A stretch of DNA of 63,020 nt, filler included, from Octopus bimaculoides (taxonomy: Eukaryota), in the NCBI RefSeq assembly GCF_001194135.2. It is 6 parts of 6 records of this genome, joined end to end, with 100 filler letters (N's around TTAATTAATTAA, not from the genome) between each part and the next. Parts side by side here need not be neighbours in the genome. Positions count along the whole stretch, not along the records: positions 52,089 to 61,794 come from NC_069005.1; positions 61,895 to 63,020 come from NW_026373776.1; 4 more parts are not named here. The stretch is one strand, 5' to 3'. Under the pieces are notes generated by a model that saw only the letters and a list, made by a program, of their open reading frames with translations, had not been told where the DNA came from and ran no database searches. Positions 61,365 through 63,020 of the stretch are shown in pieces. The position numbers and the translations under genes were made by a program. How positions within the stretch are numbered: position 1 is the stretch's first letter; each line of letters opens with the position of its first letter.

Positions 61365-61638
61365 CATACACGCATGTGTGTGCTTGTCCCCCCGACATCA
61401 CTTGACAACCGGTGTTGGTGCATTTACGTCCCCGTAGCTTAGCAGTTTAGCAAAAGATACTGATAGAATAAGTACTAGGCTTACAAAAAATAAGTCCTGA
61501 GAACTGAACGGCCCAAAGGTGTCAGGTAATGCTGAGTAAGTGCTATGGACAGACCATAGATAAGTAGAAGACACTTGCCCAAGGTGCCATGCAGTGGGAC
61601 TGAACCCCAAACCATGTGGTTGGGAAGCAGGCTTCTTA
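61160..61638. mobile_element. SINE A (plus, ~61160-61500) and inverted SINE A head (minus, ~61563-61638)
   Basis: aaccacatggttccgggttcagtcccact...aagtactaggcttacaaa; then agaagacacttgcccaaggtgccatgcagtgggactgaacc. Confidence 0.85.
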
Positions 61639-61894
61639 TTTATTTTTTCTCTAATCTATTTTATTTTATTCAATTTATTTTCTCTTTTCTATCTCAGATT
61701 AAAAATTGTCGCTAATAAACTACGGAGTAGAAGAAAGAGTTCAAATTGTTTCCATGTTTAGAAGAGAAGGCAGTAACACACCACTCAGAAGCTGNNNNNN
61801 NNNNNNNNNNNNNNNNNNNNNNNNNNNNNNNNNNNNNNTTAATTAATTAANNNNNNNNNNNNNNNNNNNNNNNNNNNNNNNNNNNNNNNNNNNN

Positions 61895-61923
<29 letters not shown>

Positions 61924-61925
<2 letters not shown>

Positions 61926-62396
61926 GCACTGATGCAGTACCAGAAAGTGACTCTCATGGCTTCTGATCTTCACTGAATGAAAGTGGTGTCCTGTACAATG
62001 TTTTGTCTTTGTATAAAAGATGGACTACAGCAAATATTGTGCTCAGCTGTTTGACCTTAACCAGTTGAGTATGTCCCTCTGTAGCTGACGATATGTGCAT
62101 CTCTGATCACGAGCATCATAGCCATGGATAATTCATCTCTGGAAACATGGGTGCTTTGTTCAGCATCTTAAAATAACCCTTATTCAGGGACCTTTTGAGC
62201 GGAGTGGGCTACTCGACTCGAAAATTTTTTACCTGGGTCCCCACGTGCAAGGTCATGCGCTGCTTATCTTCATATGAGATCACCATGTCACGCACGTATG
62301 GCTGTGATGCCTGTGCATAGTGTAGTGATGATGGATATACTGGGCTTGGTGTATTTCACCCCAGTGTCACTTTGATGGCATGCACTGCTCTCTCAC

Positions 62397-62398
<2 letters not shown>
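61924..62398 (+). mobile_element. Unclassified ~475-bp insertion flanked on both sides by (AAT)n; probable non-LTR 3' end
   Basis: (AAT)n at 61895-61923 and (TAA)n at 62398-62427; GC-richer interior without a recognisable ORF. Confidence 0.45.
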
Positions 62399-62430
<32 letters not shown>

Positions 62431-63020
62431 CTCATAAACCCCTGATGCGATTGTCTCCCCTTTATAGGGACTCCTCACTCTCTTTCCTATTTCTCAGTAA
62501 ACCCTCTCTTTCTTCCTTTCTTACTCCGGAAACAACCGCGAGCAGTCCAACAGTCCATAGTCAAATGTCTCGCGCTTCTCTTCTGTGTTTCGTTTTTAAC
62601 AACTGCGAGGAAACGGTGACGATATTACCAAATTTCGTAATGACAATGACAGCCACAATAGAAATAGCGGCAACAACAGAAAATTTAGCAACAACTTCCA
62701 TGCATCTAATCGTAATAGCAGGAGGAGCATCAAGAACATGCCAAAAATAATAACATTACCTTCGTTATCACTGAAATCAACACCATTAGACTGTATGATG
62801 CATAGAAATGTTAACAGCGGTGACAGCTATTAAATAATCTACAACCAGCGATAGGAGTAAGAACAGGAGAAGCAGTGGTAGCAGGAGCAGCAGTGGTAGC
62901 AGCCAAAGTAGGAGAAGAAGGAGAGAAGCAAAGACGAAGTAGAAAGAGGAGGAGAAGAGAAAGAGGAATAAGAAGAGGAGGGAGAAAAAGGGAGAAGAAA
63001 GGGAAGGACGAGGTGAAGAG

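Larger units (their letters stand above)
56367..61558. repeat. 47-bp inverted repeat pair (56367-56413 and 61512-61558), 46/47 identical
   Basis: TATGGTCTGTCCATAGCACTTACTCAGCATTACCTGACACGTTTGGG versus CCCAAAGGTGTCAGGTAATGCTGAGTAAGTGCTATGGACAGACCATA. Confidence 0.95.

Noticed and set aside
17225-61850. TTAATTAATTAA islands centred in N runs at 17225, 27448, 37771, 52033 and 61839
   Set aside because: An identical 12-mer flanked by equal N runs and giving stops in all six frames; this is an assembly or scaffolding linker, not biological sequence.
35-63020. Most ORFs in the supplied track (poly-YI, TH, CV, RE, poly-V/T/H, RTYVRSFV and X-filled)
   Set aside because: They are translations of microsatellites, the ACGA satellite or N gaps, often from GTG/TTG starts, with no domain content.

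Overview
AT-rich, microsatellite- and SINE-dense animal genomic DNA from a gapped short-read assembly. The repeat families and assembly style point to an octopus or other coleoid cephalopod; this is an inference, not a database result. One host gene is recognisable: the last four coding exons of the WD40 nucleoporin Aladin (AAAS) on the minus strand (59722-59655, 59168-59093, 57799-57715, 55652-55503). They have canonical GT-AG sites and compatible phases and read ...IGGCIQSLVWDATGSRLALLFKESFGCKKNLIAVFRTTKSPSLKATPCGWVKGEEGDSAQFICFKPKFQDGALLTVVWSSGRISQVPFYFLV...*. The ORF track shows only the last exon. The rest is mostly mobile-element debris: at least five tRNA-headed SINE families, an RTE LINE 3' end, a HERO-type restriction-like-endonuclease LINE 3' end, an internally deleted mariner with a nested SINE, a Gypsy LTR/PBS/gag relic, MITE remnants, and a Penelope-like element folded back into a ~1 kb palindrome. 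The most striking signal is seven hammerhead-ribozyme-like motifs from about five unrelated sequence families, one apparently intact and several with non-canonical cores. Also notable are a 2.7 kb CpG-saturated ACGA/ACGT satellite with internal inversions and a 47-bp near-perfect inverted repeat bracketing three AAAS exons. Almost all ORFs in the supplied track are microsatellite or N-gap artefacts. SINE and repeat boundaries are approximate (about +/-10-20 bp) unless a target-site duplication is given.
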